From positions 72,865-136,864 of IMG/VR virus record IMGVR_UViG_3300010162_000393: 64,000 nt of DNA; one strand, written 5' to 3'. Numbering within the stretch: position 1 is the first letter of the stretch; each line of letters starts with the position of its first letter. The notes under the pieces were generated by a model. The model was not told the origin of the DNA, made no database searches, and was given only the letters and a program-made list of their open reading frames with translations. A program made the position numbers and the translations under genes. Of the stretch, positions 29,447-39,826 are shown in pieces. Source of the DNA: a virus. Its lineage: Duplodnaviria > Caudoviricetes.

Positions 29447-31243
29447 ATGGGAAACCTGAATATAAGTAGAACCGAAAAAAATCATTTAGATAAATGGATA
29501 CTTGTAGGTAGACGTTATTACGATTTCTTTCTTCATCCTGATGCAATGGCGGCAAGAAATGAGGAGGTGTGTTTTACTGCTACTATAGATCCAAGTATAT
29601 CAGAAATAAATGAAAATGGTACTATTTTTAGTGTAGATACTTGGGAAGAAGCGTTGAATACTGGAATAGAATTAAAGGATTGGGGGTTGTGTTCTGTTGA
29701 TAACGGAGCAACCATGATAGATTGGTGTATAGATAGTCTTGAAGATGTGTTCAGAAATACTATTTTGACGATTCCGAAAGAAGAAAAAAGGTTTTTCATG
29801 AATCTTATAAATGGTAACTATTATTGTGATCCTCCGGTAGATTATACTTTAGTATATGAAGAAATTGATAATAGGATGGTTATTAACGCACAGGGTGGTG
29901 GGTTGCAAGGTTTTTGGAAATTACAATTACCAAAATATGTTGGTGAATACGAAACCCTTCCAACACGACCTAAAAAATGTGTTTCTTATGAGTTTTTAAT
30001 TAAACCTGAAAACATAATTAAAGAAAATACTATGTCCTACTATTATCCAGATAATTTTGGAATATTTTTTTGTAAGGGTATCCGAAGTGAAAATAAATGG
30101 TGGTATTACACAAATAAACTAAACATAGAAAATCTTGAAAATATAAAAAAAAGTTTGGAAAAAAGTGAAGAAGAAAATCGGTTTCTTTACACTAACATTG
30201 AAGGGGTTTATTTAATAGATTTATTAAATGTGGATGATTTACGAAAACCGAAAAGTGTTTTTGAAAATTATATCAACAATGAGGGACAAGCGTTAAACGT
30301 TCCTAACGTAGTTGAGTTACAAACCGACAATAAGTTTTTGTATATGAATAGAACGGTTTGCGGTTACAAAGTAGATTGTTGTGGAGATAATAGTGATATC
30401 CCAGAAGAAATAATATTTTCATATCAGAAGAAAAACCCAAGACTTAACTATTTTACATTGTTCAATAGAACTAGGGATAAGTTTGGTAATCCGGCTGGTC
30501 TAACCGTATCACAATTACATCCGGTGAGTGGTATCAATTGTTGTAGTTATGGTTTTTATGAAATATGGAAAAAATATCAGTGTGATCCTATTCTTATGTA
30601 TAATCATGGTGATAAACCATTACAGAAACTTCCACTCGGATTTGAAAATATTGATATATACGATAACGAAATAAACATATATAAGGATACATATAATAAT
30701 ATAATAGCATTCAGAATAACACCAGAGGGGGCAATAGGTTATAGAATTATCACACAAAATTGTGATGAGGATGCCAAAGAAAATCCAATTAAAATTATAG
30801 AAGAATATTCGTTTGATAATATTATAAAATTCGGAGAATGGAATAATATTATTATACAAATATGTTACGGTACATATATTGACGACCCAAGATGTTCAAG
30901 TATTGGTCCAAGAGATGGAAGAATATCATTTTATGTTAATGGGAGATTGAAGTTTGTAAGTCAAGTAATAAAAGAACCAATGTTTCGTGAATTAGATGAA
31001 CATTGGTCAAAACAGGAAGGTGTACCATTTAATATAAGTTTAATGATTGGAACACAGGGGTTGTTTGAAACTATTTTATCTGATAATCTAGAAGATTATG
31101 ACCGTTACACATTTCCTATAGAAAAACATTTTGTAGGTAATATTTGTGGTTTACTTGCTTACTTTAAAATGAGTGAATGTAAATTACCATATAGTTATAT
31201 TAGATCAAAAAGTGTGTATTCAAATAAATTCAATCTAATATAA
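29447..31243 (+). CDS. Putative virion structural protein with a concanavalin A/LamG-like fold
   Basis: Late motif; GEWNNIII...ISFYVNGRL...FVGNI pattern. Confidence 0.5.
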   Translation: MGNLNISRTEKNHLDKWILVGRRYYDFFLHPDAMAARNEEVCFTATIDPSISEINENGTIFSVDTWEEALNTGIELKDWGLCSVDNGATMIDWCIDSLEDVFRNTILTIPKEEKRFFMNLINGNYYCDPPVDYTLVYEEIDNRMVINAQGGGLQGFWKLQLPKYVGEYETLPTRPKKCVSYEFLIKPENIIKENTMSYYYPDNFGIFFCKGIRSENKWWYYTNKLNIENLENIKKSLEKSEEENRFLYTNIEGVYLIDLLNVDDLRKPKSVFENYINNEGQALNVPNVVELQTDNKFLYMNRTVCGYKVDCCGDNSDIPEEIIFSYQKKNPRLNYFTLFNRTRDKFGNPAGLTVSQLHPVSGINCCSYGFYEIWKKYQCDPILMYNHGDKPLQKLPLGFENIDIYDNEINIYKDTYNNIIAFRITPEGAIGYRIITQNCDEDAKENPIKIIEEYSFDNIIKFGEWNNIIIQICYGTYIDDPRCSSIGPRDGRISFYVNGRLKFVSQVIKEPMFRELDEHWSKQEGVPFNISLMIGTQGLFETILSDNLEDYDRYTFPIEKHFVGNICGLLAYFKMSECKLPYSYIRSKSVYSNKFNLI

Positions 31244-31264
31244 AATATATTTCAAAAAAAGTAA

Positions 31265-31273
31265 CTATTTATT
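31265..31273 (+). promoter_or_regulatory. Late promoter motif CTATTTATT (head operon)
   Basis: Upstream of the scaffold/capsid genes. Confidence 0.7.
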
Positions 31274-31302
31274 ATTAAAATAAGAAAATAAAATTTTCAA
31301 AT

Positions 31303-32685
31303 ATGACTGAAAATAATCCAATATTAGATGCCATGACGATAAGAGAATCCGTTAAAAAAAATACTGATGATGCTCTTAAAAAAATTATGGAACAACAAAT
31401 TAAGGAAGAAATGAAACGTATCATAAAGGAAGATGATTCTGAATATGAAGAGGAAGAAGTAAATCTTCAAGCAGACGCTCCCGAAGTACCAGAAGTTGAA
31501 GACGAGGAAGGGGTTGATGTTGGTGATGAAGAAATCATTGACGATGTACCTGAAGAAGAACAAGAACTTGACGGAATGGAGGAGTATGAAGTTGACGACG
31601 ATACTTATGACGTTAGCCAAGATGATGAGGCTGCCATTAAAATATTCAAAAATATGACGGATTCTGATCAAATTGTAGTTACCAAACAAGGTAGTACAAT
31701 AGAAATATCGGATCAAGAAACTGGTAGTGATTATATTATTGACTTAAACGAGGAAGAAGATATGCTTGGTGAATCCGCATGTATTAGTCCATCAAAACCT
31801 GAAATGAAGGGTAAATTGGGTGGAAATTCCAAATCTAAATTAACTGTTCCTGTTCAAACACCCAGTAAAACAGGTACTCTTGGTGCCGGAACTGGTAGTA
31901 GAATGAGTGGAAAGGGTGCTGGTGAAGGTACACCTTTTGATGGTACTCCGAAAGATAGTGAATTTGGTACAACAGGAAACCCGCTTGGTAAAAACAGAAA
32001 TGGTGATAATTCGCCTTTTAAACAAAATCCTAAAATAAAGGAATTTGGTGTAGCGGGTTGTAAAACCAAGGCTGCCGATAGTACGCCTTTTAAAAAGAAA
32101 GTTAACGAAAATGAAGAAGGTGTGGAAGAAATTACCGAAGGTGAGGTTGATGAAGCTTTGGTAAGAACACATCGTAGTTTGAGAAATATTGGTAAGAAAT
32201 CTAAAAACCAAATTAAGGTTCCTGTTGATCAGGGTAGGGTACCGGCAGTTCGTGATGGTGCTCAATTGAAAACGGAAAACAAAGAACTTATTGCAAGAGT
32301 AAACAAGATAATTGAAGAAAATATCATTCTTAAAGAAACTGTAAAACAGTTGAGGGAGTGTGCGCAAAACTTCTATGTTGCAACACAAGAAACCGTTTTA
32401 ACTAACCAAAAATTGGGGAAAGCAATCCAACTATTTTCTGAACATTCGACAACGCTCGATGAAAAGAAAAACATTATCGAAAGATTTGAAGGTTATAAAA
32501 CATCGGAAGATATACAAGCACTTTATGAAACAATTAATAAAGAGTTGAGATCAAGGAAACCTATTATCGAAAGCGTAGATACCGCTTTTAGTAATATCAT
32601 TACCGAGATTAAACTCACAGATCAACCGTCTATCGTTAATGAGGATGTTAAAAAGATTCTTGGTTTAATGAGGCGTATCTGTTAA
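31303..32685 (+). CDS. Prohead scaffolding/core protein (T4 gp22-like)
   Basis: Acidic, coiled-coil C-terminus, immediately upstream of the major capsid gene. Confidence 0.7.
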   Translation: MTENNPILDAMTIRESVKKNTDDALKKIMEQQIKEEMKRIIKEDDSEYEEEEVNLQADAPEVPEVEDEEGVDVGDEEIIDDVPEEEQELDGMEEYEVDDDTYDVSQDDEAAIKIFKNMTDSDQIVVTKQGSTIEISDQETGSDYIIDLNEEEDMLGESACISPSKPEMKGKLGGNSKSKLTVPVQTPSKTGTLGAGTGSRMSGKGAGEGTPFDGTPKDSEFGTTGNPLGKNRNGDNSPFKQNPKIKEFGVAGCKTKAADSTPFKKKVNENEEGVEEITEGEVDEALVRTHRSLRNIGKKSKNQIKVPVDQGRVPAVRDGAQLKTENKELIARVNKIIEENIILKETVKQLRECAQNFYVATQETVLTNQKLGKAIQLFSEHSTTLDEKKNIIERFEGYKTSEDIQALYETINKELRSRKPIIESVDTAFSNIITEIKLTDQPSIVNEDVKKILGLMRRIC

Positions 32686-32732
32686 AAACAAAAGAAACAA
32701 AAAACAAAATAAATAATAAAAAACTTATAAAA

Positions 32733-34718
32733 ATGATTAATAATTTTTTAGAAAGTGGTCTGGTTGGTAATATTGCATGGAACCAGGTCTCTGAACAAAG
32801 GAAAAAGATATCTGAAACTTGGGAAAAACTTGGTTTTACCGAAAACTTGCAAGGTGTTTTGAAAGAAAATATTTCGATGTTGTATGAAAATACAGCTCGT
32901 GCTCTTATTCACGAAGCAACAGATGCTACAAACTCCGGTTCTTTCGTAACCGTTGTATTTCCGCTTATTAGACGTGTATTCAGCAAATTACTTGCTAATG
33001 ACATCGTTTCTATTCAGGCGTTGAATTTACCTATTGGTAAATTGTTCTATATTAAACCCGTTACCTCTGAAAGAGAATGGGAAAACCTCGATGGTGATGG
33101 TAATGTATTATCCGGTAGCAACGCAAAACATACTGGTTTAATGGGTTACAATAGACATGATCGTAATTTTCAAAATCCGGGCAAAGCAGTTTTTGATCCT
33201 CTAACCAATACGTTTAGTGGACAAAAACAAGGTTTATACAACAACCGTTTTTATCTTCCTGATGAAGTTATCACAGGTACACCAAGTAACGAAAAACCGA
33301 TACCAACTTGGCAAACTCTCGACGCTGATAACACTTTTCCTGCTGATCCTACAAATCTTGATGATCGTAACAAACCAGTCGTAACTCGTTATATGCAGAC
33401 TTCTCTGTATGATTTGTTCTATGACGAATTCTTGTATGACCACTCAAAAGGACGTGCTTGGGTTAAAATTTCCGATATGGTAGAAGTTGTTCAATTGAAT
33501 AACAAAAGAACTTTTGATCTTCTTGCTCCCGGTGCTGATTTTATTGAATCTCGTGAAGATGGTTCAATCCGAAACGCTATTTTGAAAATCAAAGGTTTTA
33601 ACAACTACAACGCAGGTCTGTTAATTGGTCCTGACGGAGACGAAATGGATACCGAAACTTTCCTTGCTTCGTTGAAAGTAATTACTAAAAACGCTATTGC
33701 TGATACCAGTGCTAGTGGTTATTCGGAATTTAAAGAAAATGAAAATCTTCCTATCAGGTTGTTGCCACAAAAGTATGGTAAAGCTATCGTAGAAAGAGAT
33801 AATTTCTGCGGTGCTGACGGTACAATGTATGTTGAAGTAGACTTCAAAAAACCTACCGTTAATCATGGTATAACCGTTGATGGTTATATTGGTATTGACC
33901 CGGCTAATAAAGTTGGTGATGTTGAATTCTACGTATGTTGGATACAATATGATAGTCTTGAACTTGAAACCGAAATCGGTGAAGTATCTTTCCAAATTGA
34001 CAGTGTTACCATTGCAGTTGAAGAACGTAAATTGAGAAGCACATGGTCGCCTGAACAGGCACAAGACGTTGCTGCTTTCCATAACATTGACGCAGAAGCA
34101 GAACTTACCAGCCTTTTGGCACAACAAGTTTCTGTTGAAATTGACCGTGAAATTCTCCGCGACCTTAAAACCGCTGCTCCTTGGCAACTGAGCTGGGACT
34201 TCAACGGTTGGAGACGTACTGCTACAACAAGTACTAACTACACACAGAAGGATTGGAATCAGGAACTGATTACGAAAATTAATCAAATTTCCGCACAGAT
34301 TAACAAGACTTGTTTAATGGGTGGTGCTAACTTCATCGTTGTTTCTCCGGAAATCAGTGCAGTTTTCGATAACCTTGAATACTTCCACGCTACTAACGCC
34401 GCTCCTGGTGAAGAGGAATACTCTTTGGGTATGGAAAAAGTTGGTAATTTGAGTGGTCGTTATCAAGTGTATGTAGACCCTTATTCACGCCATTGGACGC
34501 TTTTGGTTGGACACAAAGGAAAAAGTATGTTGGACACAGGTTACATATATGCTCCGTATGTGCCTCTGCAGCTGACACCAACTCTATTTAATCCGTTTAA
34601 CGCTGCGCCTGTAAAATTTATAATGACGCGCTACGCAAAGAAAGTTGTTAATAACAAATTCTATGGATTGGTAAAGGTTCATGGTTTAACTACTTGGGAT
34701 ACCAACGAATTGAGATAA
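32733..34718 (+). CDS. Major capsid protein (T4 gp23-like)
   Basis: FPLIRRVF...LLANDIVSIQ..PIGKLFY; RKLRSTWSPEQAQDV.AFHNIDAEAEL..EIDREI; GYIYAPYVPL; TRYA. Confidence 0.95.
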   Translation: MINNFLESGLVGNIAWNQVSEQRKKISETWEKLGFTENLQGVLKENISMLYENTARALIHEATDATNSGSFVTVVFPLIRRVFSKLLANDIVSIQALNLPIGKLFYIKPVTSEREWENLDGDGNVLSGSNAKHTGLMGYNRHDRNFQNPGKAVFDPLTNTFSGQKQGLYNNRFYLPDEVITGTPSNEKPIPTWQTLDADNTFPADPTNLDDRNKPVVTRYMQTSLYDLFYDEFLYDHSKGRAWVKISDMVEVVQLNNKRTFDLLAPGADFIESREDGSIRNAILKIKGFNNYNAGLLIGPDGDEMDTETFLASLKVITKNAIADTSASGYSEFKENENLPIRLLPQKYGKAIVERDNFCGADGTMYVEVDFKKPTVNHGITVDGYIGIDPANKVGDVEFYVCWIQYDSLELETEIGEVSFQIDSVTIAVEERKLRSTWSPEQAQDVAAFHNIDAEAELTSLLAQQVSVEIDREILRDLKTAAPWQLSWDFNGWRRTATTSTNYTQKDWNQELITKINQISAQINKTCLMGGANFIVVSPEISAVFDNLEYFHATNAAPGEEEYSLGMEKVGNLSGRYQVYVDPYSRHWTLLVGHKGKSMLDTGYIYAPYVPLQLTPTLFNPFNAAPVKFIMTRYAKKVVNNKFYGLVKVHGLTTWDTNELR

Positions 34719-34739
34719 ACTCTCTAACTACTAACTAAA

Positions 34740-34769
34740 AAAGGGTCTTGGTTGACAAGACCCTTTTTT
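34740..34769 (+). terminator. Intrinsic (probably bidirectional) terminator after the capsid gene
   Basis: AAAGGGTCTTG-GTTGA-CAAGACCCTTT plus T-run; A-run on the other side. Confidence 0.85.
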
Positions 34770-34805
34770 TATTATTATTAATTTTAGGTTTAAAACCCAC
34801 GCCTT

Positions 34806-37058
34806 TCAGGTTGGATATACTTTATTGTTATATTCATACACAACATTTCCGTTGTCGTACATTTCTACAAATCCCTCCAACTTCATTATCTCACGATTAT
34901 CCATACCCTTCGGATATTTTACCAAATCATCATCACCTATAAATCGACTGGCACCTTTGAATCGTAAAGAGTTGTTGGTTATTGTTCTCCCCGTTTTCAA
35001 ATGAATCCAATAACCAGCAGGTTTATTATATTTTACAAATTTGAAATCATCAAGATGTATGTTGTCGCCGCCAAGATTCAAATTCAAATAACAAATACAA
35101 CTCGTTGGGTTATACGTGGTTTTGAAATAATTCCACATTTTGGATACACCACCCTGAATAGTTATGTTCGGTTTGAAACATAACCGGACTAATTCCCATT
35201 CATATTTCTTGTTGAAACGCGGTTGCCCGAATGTCATTACACCAACTAATTCATTTTCATAAAATAAAGCAATACAATACTTCTGTCCATTTGATTTGTT
35301 TTGAATGTGGTGTTCATCTAAAAACAGGTTACACTCTTTCTGTGGTATTTCTTTTATTTCACATTTTCTTGCGCCAATTTTTATTTTGTTTTTACCTATT
35401 TTTGAACGGATTATGTTTAACATCTTTGTTTCGGATATATTATCATATATTGAAATCAATGTATATCCATTATCTTTTGCTAATTTCCATTTATTAAAAT
35501 GATAATCAGGTGTAATTGGAACATTTTCTGTTGTAAACCCTCTTATGAATCCGTAACCATACGTTGAGTTATGTGTAAATGTTGGATTTATTTCTATTAA
35601 AAGATTTTCTATTTTTAAATCATATGAAAAATTATTAATACGAAATTCTTCTTCACATTTAATATTAAAATGTTTTTTTATTAAATTCAGCCATTTCAAA
35701 TTTATCTTGGAGGTTACATTTGACGCTTTTTGGTACTTTTCTGTTAAACAATAATGTGGTACACCGTATCTTTCAAGATTGGTTTGTATACGTTTTTCTT
35801 GAAATTCTGGTACTAATAGAACATGTTTTTCTCCATACCTTTCAAGATTAGTTTGTTGCATTTTTTTAACAACATCTTTATTTTTAACAGGATTTGGTAC
35901 ACCATATTTTTTAAGATTAGTTTCTTTTATTTTTTCTTTAATTTCTGTTGATTGAAATGGGTTTTCACATCCGAATTTTTTAATAAAAGTTTGTACGTTT
36001 TTTTTCTTTATTACGTCTATTATTTCCGGAACTTGAAAAGGGTTTTTGTATCCATACCTTTCAATATAACTTTTTTCTTTTTTGTTCTTTATATCTTCTG
36101 ATTTTGATACATGTGAAACCCCATATTTTTTGATATTGGTTTCTATTGTTTTTATTTTAAAAGAACATTTACTACAAAAACATGTTTTTTGTAATTCTAA
36201 CGCACTGATTGTTTTTTCTATAATTTTACCACATTCTTGGCATTTACAAGGTAATTTACTTCTTTTATTAACATAGTTATTCCAATCCAAAACATATGGA
36301 AATTCTTCTTTATTTATAATATGTGTTTTTGTTTTTGTTGCATTTACTATACCACATTTACGACAAAAACAAGTGTTTTTCCTATCTAATAAATCAATTG
36401 GTTTATATGTTGTATTTCCACACCCATCACATTTACATGGAAGTTTTGTTGAAATTGTTTGATAACCGTTCCATTCTAAAACCATTGGGTAATCTTCTTT
36501 GTTAATAATTCTCTTTCCGTGTTTCTCTATTTTATTTTTCACTTTCTTATTTTGAACAGTTTCTGATTGAGATGGATTTTCAACCCCATACTTTTCTTTC
36601 ATAGTATTTTTGAAATCTTCTGATTGATAATAATTTTCAACGCCGTATATTTTAGTATTTGTTTGTTTTCTCTTTGTTGAAGTGCAATTTTCACAAACAC
36701 TACCACTATTGCTTCTTCTTTTACATCTATCTATCATGTAAATACTTCTATTAAAAGAATTACCACAAATATCACATTTACATGGTAGTGGTGTTTGGGT
36801 GTTTTCGTAACCACTCCAATCTAAAACCATTGGGTAATCCTCATGTTTTGGTTCCCTTGTTCTATTTTTACCACCGTTTTTATGACCACATTCACGACAA
36901 AAACAAGTTTTCCTATAATCCAAATCATTAATACTTCTAAAAATAACTTCATCACAAGTTTCACATTTGCACGGTAACTTGCTTTTTGTATTTTTAAAAT
37001 TACTCCAATCTAATACCATTGGATAATCTTCGTGATTTATTTCTTTCTTTTTAAGCAT
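34806..37058 (-). CDS. Hef-like homing-endonuclease-type protein with zinc-ribbon and YGV repeats
   Basis: Four YPxVLxW..LPCKCxxC..CxxC repeats, multiple KYGV/RYG repeats, YDLKIENLLIEIN nuclease-like motif, IGARKCEIKEI...WELVRLC C-terminus. Confidence 0.7.
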   Translation of the reverse strand: MLKKKEINHEDYPMVLDWSNFKNTKSKLPCKCETCDEVIFRSINDLDYRKTCFCRECGHKNGGKNRTREPKHEDYPMVLDWSGYENTQTPLPCKCDICGNSFNRSIYMIDRCKRRSNSGSVCENCTSTKRKQTNTKIYGVENYYQSEDFKNTMKEKYGVENPSQSETVQNKKVKNKIEKHGKRIINKEDYPMVLEWNGYQTISTKLPCKCDGCGNTTYKPIDLLDRKNTCFCRKCGIVNATKTKTHIINKEEFPYVLDWNNYVNKRSKLPCKCQECGKIIEKTISALELQKTCFCSKCSFKIKTIETNIKKYGVSHVSKSEDIKNKKEKSYIERYGYKNPFQVPEIIDVIKKKNVQTFIKKFGCENPFQSTEIKEKIKETNLKKYGVPNPVKNKDVVKKMQQTNLERYGEKHVLLVPEFQEKRIQTNLERYGVPHYCLTEKYQKASNVTSKINLKWLNLIKKHFNIKCEEEFRINNFSYDLKIENLLIEINPTFTHNSTYGYGFIRGFTTENVPITPDYHFNKWKLAKDNGYTLISIYDNISETKMLNIIRSKIGKNKIKIGARKCEIKEIPQKECNLFLDEHHIQNKSNGQKYCIALFYENELVGVMTFGQPRFNKKYEWELVRLCFKPNITIQGGVSKMWNYFKTTYNPTSCICYLNLNLGGDNIHLDDFKFVKYNKPAGYWIHLKTGRTITNNSLRFKGASRFIGDDDLVKYPKGMDNREIMKLEGFVEMYDNGNVVYEYNNKVYPT

Positions 37059-37091
37059 ATACCCTAATAAAATTACAATAAAATTTCATGA

Positions 37092-38525
37092 TCATTCCAA
37101 CATTTTTTGATTTTTCCATATATAACAATATCTCCCCCCATCATATATCCTGAATACCTTTCCATCATCGTATAATTGCTTCATCTCTTTATATATTTTT
37201 GGTTGCCTTTTTTTGAATATCAAACCACTTTTGTACACCCAATCATATCTAGATGGATTTATATGTTTTAATTCAAATCCCATTATTTCATATGATTTAC
37301 CCGTAAATTTTGACCTATCTACGTATGCCACAACGCTTTTAGGGTTATATTTTCTTATGAAATATTTGAATACTTTTGATTTACCACCAATAACAGAATA
37401 CCCTTCTTTACACACCTCTCTTTTTACTTCCCATTCTGCCGCAGGGGTTTGTGTAAAAATGTTTTTTGAAATTTTATTCAATAACATTACTAATACCAAT
37501 TCTGATTTATGAAAAAGACCGATATAATTACTAGCAGTAACCGATTTTTGTTGATGGTATTCTAACAATGGTTTAGCGGTTTTAAGATCTATTTCCTGAA
37601 TTGTGCAATCTCGTGCAAACACTTTGTGCTCACATAACCCCAACTGCGCTTTTATATATGATTTTATTTGTTCTCGATTATTCAACCATTCGTAATCCCA
37701 TACATATATAAGTCTAATATCATTATTCTGACAAACTGTAATTTTATCATAATGATAATTTTTATGTTTAGCAATATCATTATGATAATATGTTCCATTA
37801 TATTCAAATGCTATTTGTTTTGAAGGTATCAAAATATCTATTTCTATACCAGAAACTTTTTTATTTTCTACAATATCAAAACCACAAGATATGATAAAAT
37901 TTTTCAATTCATTTTCTCCGGTTGAAGTTGATTGTTGGCATCTTCGACACATTCTACTACCTCTTCTATCAAACATATTATTAATAGCGGTTTCAAAAAA
38001 TTCACCACATTCTACACATTTAATTTCTATATTTGTAGTACGTCTTTTTTCATAAACAAATGGTTTAAAAATTACACCAATATGTTTAAGTCTTTTTTCA
38101 ATCTCTTCTTGTGATAAATTTTGGTTTTGACTTATTTTTTTAATACCACACGATTTACATAATGTATGTCCGTTAATTATTTCAATAAACTTGTTTTGTT
38201 TTAATTTACCACATCCGGTGCATTTATATTCTATAATAGTTTCATTATTTTGATAAACAAATTGGTTGAAAATAATAGATTTCTTCAACAGTTCTTGTTC
38301 TGCTTCATTTTGTGTTCTCTTTTTTTTACCGGCACATGCTTTGCATTTAGAATGTCCATTCAAAACATGTACTATCTGACTTTCTTTAATATTGTTACAT
38401 ATTGGGCAGTAATATGATATTTTTTGATGCATCTCAACATATGTAAATGGTAGGAAAACAACGTGTTCTTTCAACAGGTTTTCTATTTCTTCTTGAGAGT
38501 ATTTAATATTTCTTCTTTTTAACAT
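37092..38525 (-). CDS. Hef-like homing-endonuclease-type protein
   Basis: Three CxxC repeats, EIDILIP..IAFEYNGTYYH, VFARDC...GGKSK...YVDRS. Confidence 0.75.
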   Translation of the reverse strand: MLKRRNIKYSQEEIENLLKEHVVFLPFTYVEMHQKISYYCPICNNIKESQIVHVLNGHSKCKACAGKKKRTQNEAEQELLKKSIIFNQFVYQNNETIIEYKCTGCGKLKQNKFIEIINGHTLCKSCGIKKISQNQNLSQEEIEKRLKHIGVIFKPFVYEKRRTTNIEIKCVECGEFFETAINNMFDRRGSRMCRRCQQSTSTGENELKNFIISCGFDIVENKKVSGIEIDILIPSKQIAFEYNGTYYHNDIAKHKNYHYDKITVCQNNDIRLIYVWDYEWLNNREQIKSYIKAQLGLCEHKVFARDCTIQEIDLKTAKPLLEYHQQKSVTASNYIGLFHKSELVLVMLLNKISKNIFTQTPAAEWEVKREVCKEGYSVIGGKSKVFKYFIRKYNPKSVVAYVDRSKFTGKSYEIMGFELKHINPSRYDWVYKSGLIFKKRQPKIYKEMKQLYDDGKVFRIYDGGRYCYIWKNQKMLE

Positions 38526-38557
38526 ATGTTAAAAATAATTATAATAAAATTTTCTGA

Positions 38558-39223
38558 TCATCCCAATGCTCTTTGATACAACATTTCAATAGCATTCAAA
38601 GCACATTTTTTCATTTCGTCACCGACATATTCTGGGTTATTAACCCATTCATCTGTAATTTTATCTTTAATTTGATATTGTTGTATTTTTCTACTACCTA
38701 TTCCGGCGAAGTTTTTATGTAATGTTGGAATATCATCTCGGAATAATTCAAATCCATGTTTTTCATCAACATAAACATACCATGTATTATATGTCCAATC
38801 GAATACATAAATCAATTTTTTAAGTTGTTTTGCGTATTCAATAGCGTAACGTGTACCACCTTTAACACTTTTGAAGTCTGGTGTTAATTCAACAACGGCG
38901 TATATTGCCTGTGAATTTTTAACCTGATAATAATTCCTTGCTTTCAAGTCATCCGCAAAGCTTCTTTTGAATTTTTTCTTTTTCTTACCTTCAAGACATT
39001 CATACATGAATTTATAACATTCATCCATTTCGGGAGAAGATAAAATATGTGGTGTAATACGAATATCTTTTAACTGTTTTGGTAGATTCTTGTTTTCTTC
39101 TGGTCTGTAATGATGTTGTCTGTCCGGTGTTATTCCATATTTAACACCATACCAACCAAATGCTGTGTCTGCGCCATAAGCACCACCAGAGTGAAGAACA
39201 TGATTTTTCAATTTGTTTTCCAT
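38558..39223 (-). CDS. SLOG/DprA-like nucleotide-binding protein
   Basis: HSGGAYGAD, ARNYYQV, GGTRYA, FAGIGSR. Confidence 0.6.
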   Translation of the reverse strand: MENKLKNHVLHSGGAYGADTAFGWYGVKYGITPDRQHHYRPEENKNLPKQLKDIRITPHILSSPEMDECYKFMYECLEGKKKKKFKRSFADDLKARNYYQVKNSQAIYAVVELTPDFKSVKGGTRYAIEYAKQLKKLIYVFDWTYNTWYVYVDEKHGFELFRDDIPTLHKNFAGIGSRKIQQYQIKDKITDEWVNNPEYVGDEMKKCALNAIEMLYQRALG

Positions 39224-39241
39224 TTTATTAAAATTTTATTT

Positions 39242-39280
39242 AAAAAAGGGCGAACCCATATTTGATGGTGTACGCCCTTC
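39242..39280 (-). terminator. Intrinsic terminator after ssb
   Basis: Minus strand AAGGGCG..CCAT..ATGG..CGCCCTT followed by T-run. Confidence 0.7.
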
Positions 39281-39304
39281 CTACGTTCAAAAATGCTAAC
39301 TATT

Positions 39305-39778
39305 TTAGAAAGGAAGATCTTCATCCTGCACATAAACAGGTGGTGCCGGTGCATGTGCTGGTGTATTTGTTGATCCGGTTGCACGACTGTTGCTTGTTGT
39401 TTTCGCTTCTTGTGGCGGTGTTGGCGTGTTTACACCATTTTGCCCATCATTTCTTGGACATAATTCCAGATTTTCGATTACAATAACCGTAGCACTTTGT
39501 TTTGCTCCGTCTTTTTCCCATTCACGAGTTCTGATTTTACCATCGATCATAACAAATGAACCTTTTTTCACATATTTTTCGATAACACCTGCAATTCCGC
39601 TGCGCGATGTTTCGACACGAATCCAGTCTGTTCTTTCGGGAACTTCTGTACCATCTTGTCTTTTGTATCCGCGTTCTGTTACTGCCATACTGAATTGTGC
39701 AGATTTACCGCCACCATCAAAATCTGTTATACGTGGGTCGTTACCAAGACGACCGCTTACAATTACTCTGTTAATCAT
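39305..39778 (-). CDS. ssb: Single-stranded DNA-binding protein
   Basis: NRVIVSGRLGNDP, TDW, YVKKGS.V.IDGKIRTREW, acidic DEDLPF tail. Confidence 0.93.
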   Translation of the reverse strand: MINRVIVSGRLGNDPRITDFDGGGKSAQFSMAVTERGYKRQDGTEVPERTDWIRVETSRSGIAGVIEKYVKKGSFVMIDGKIRTREWEKDGAKQSATVIVIENLELCPRNDGQNGVNTPTPPQEAKTTSNSRATGSTNTPAHAPAPPVYVQDEDLPF

Positions 39779-39826
39779 GATTACTTTTATTTAATATATT
39801 AATTTTACTTTATTTCTATTATAAAC

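Noticed and set aside
31324-34581. Long antisense ORFs opposite the scaffold and capsid genes (and similar shadow ORFs elsewhere)
   Set aside because: Explained by codon bias of the real genes; no motifs or promoter signals
34792-34818. AAACCCACGCCTTTCAGGTTGG resembling an IS200/IS605 end hairpin
   Set aside because: Pairing is incomplete, it overlaps a gene stop, and no associated transposase or second end was seen
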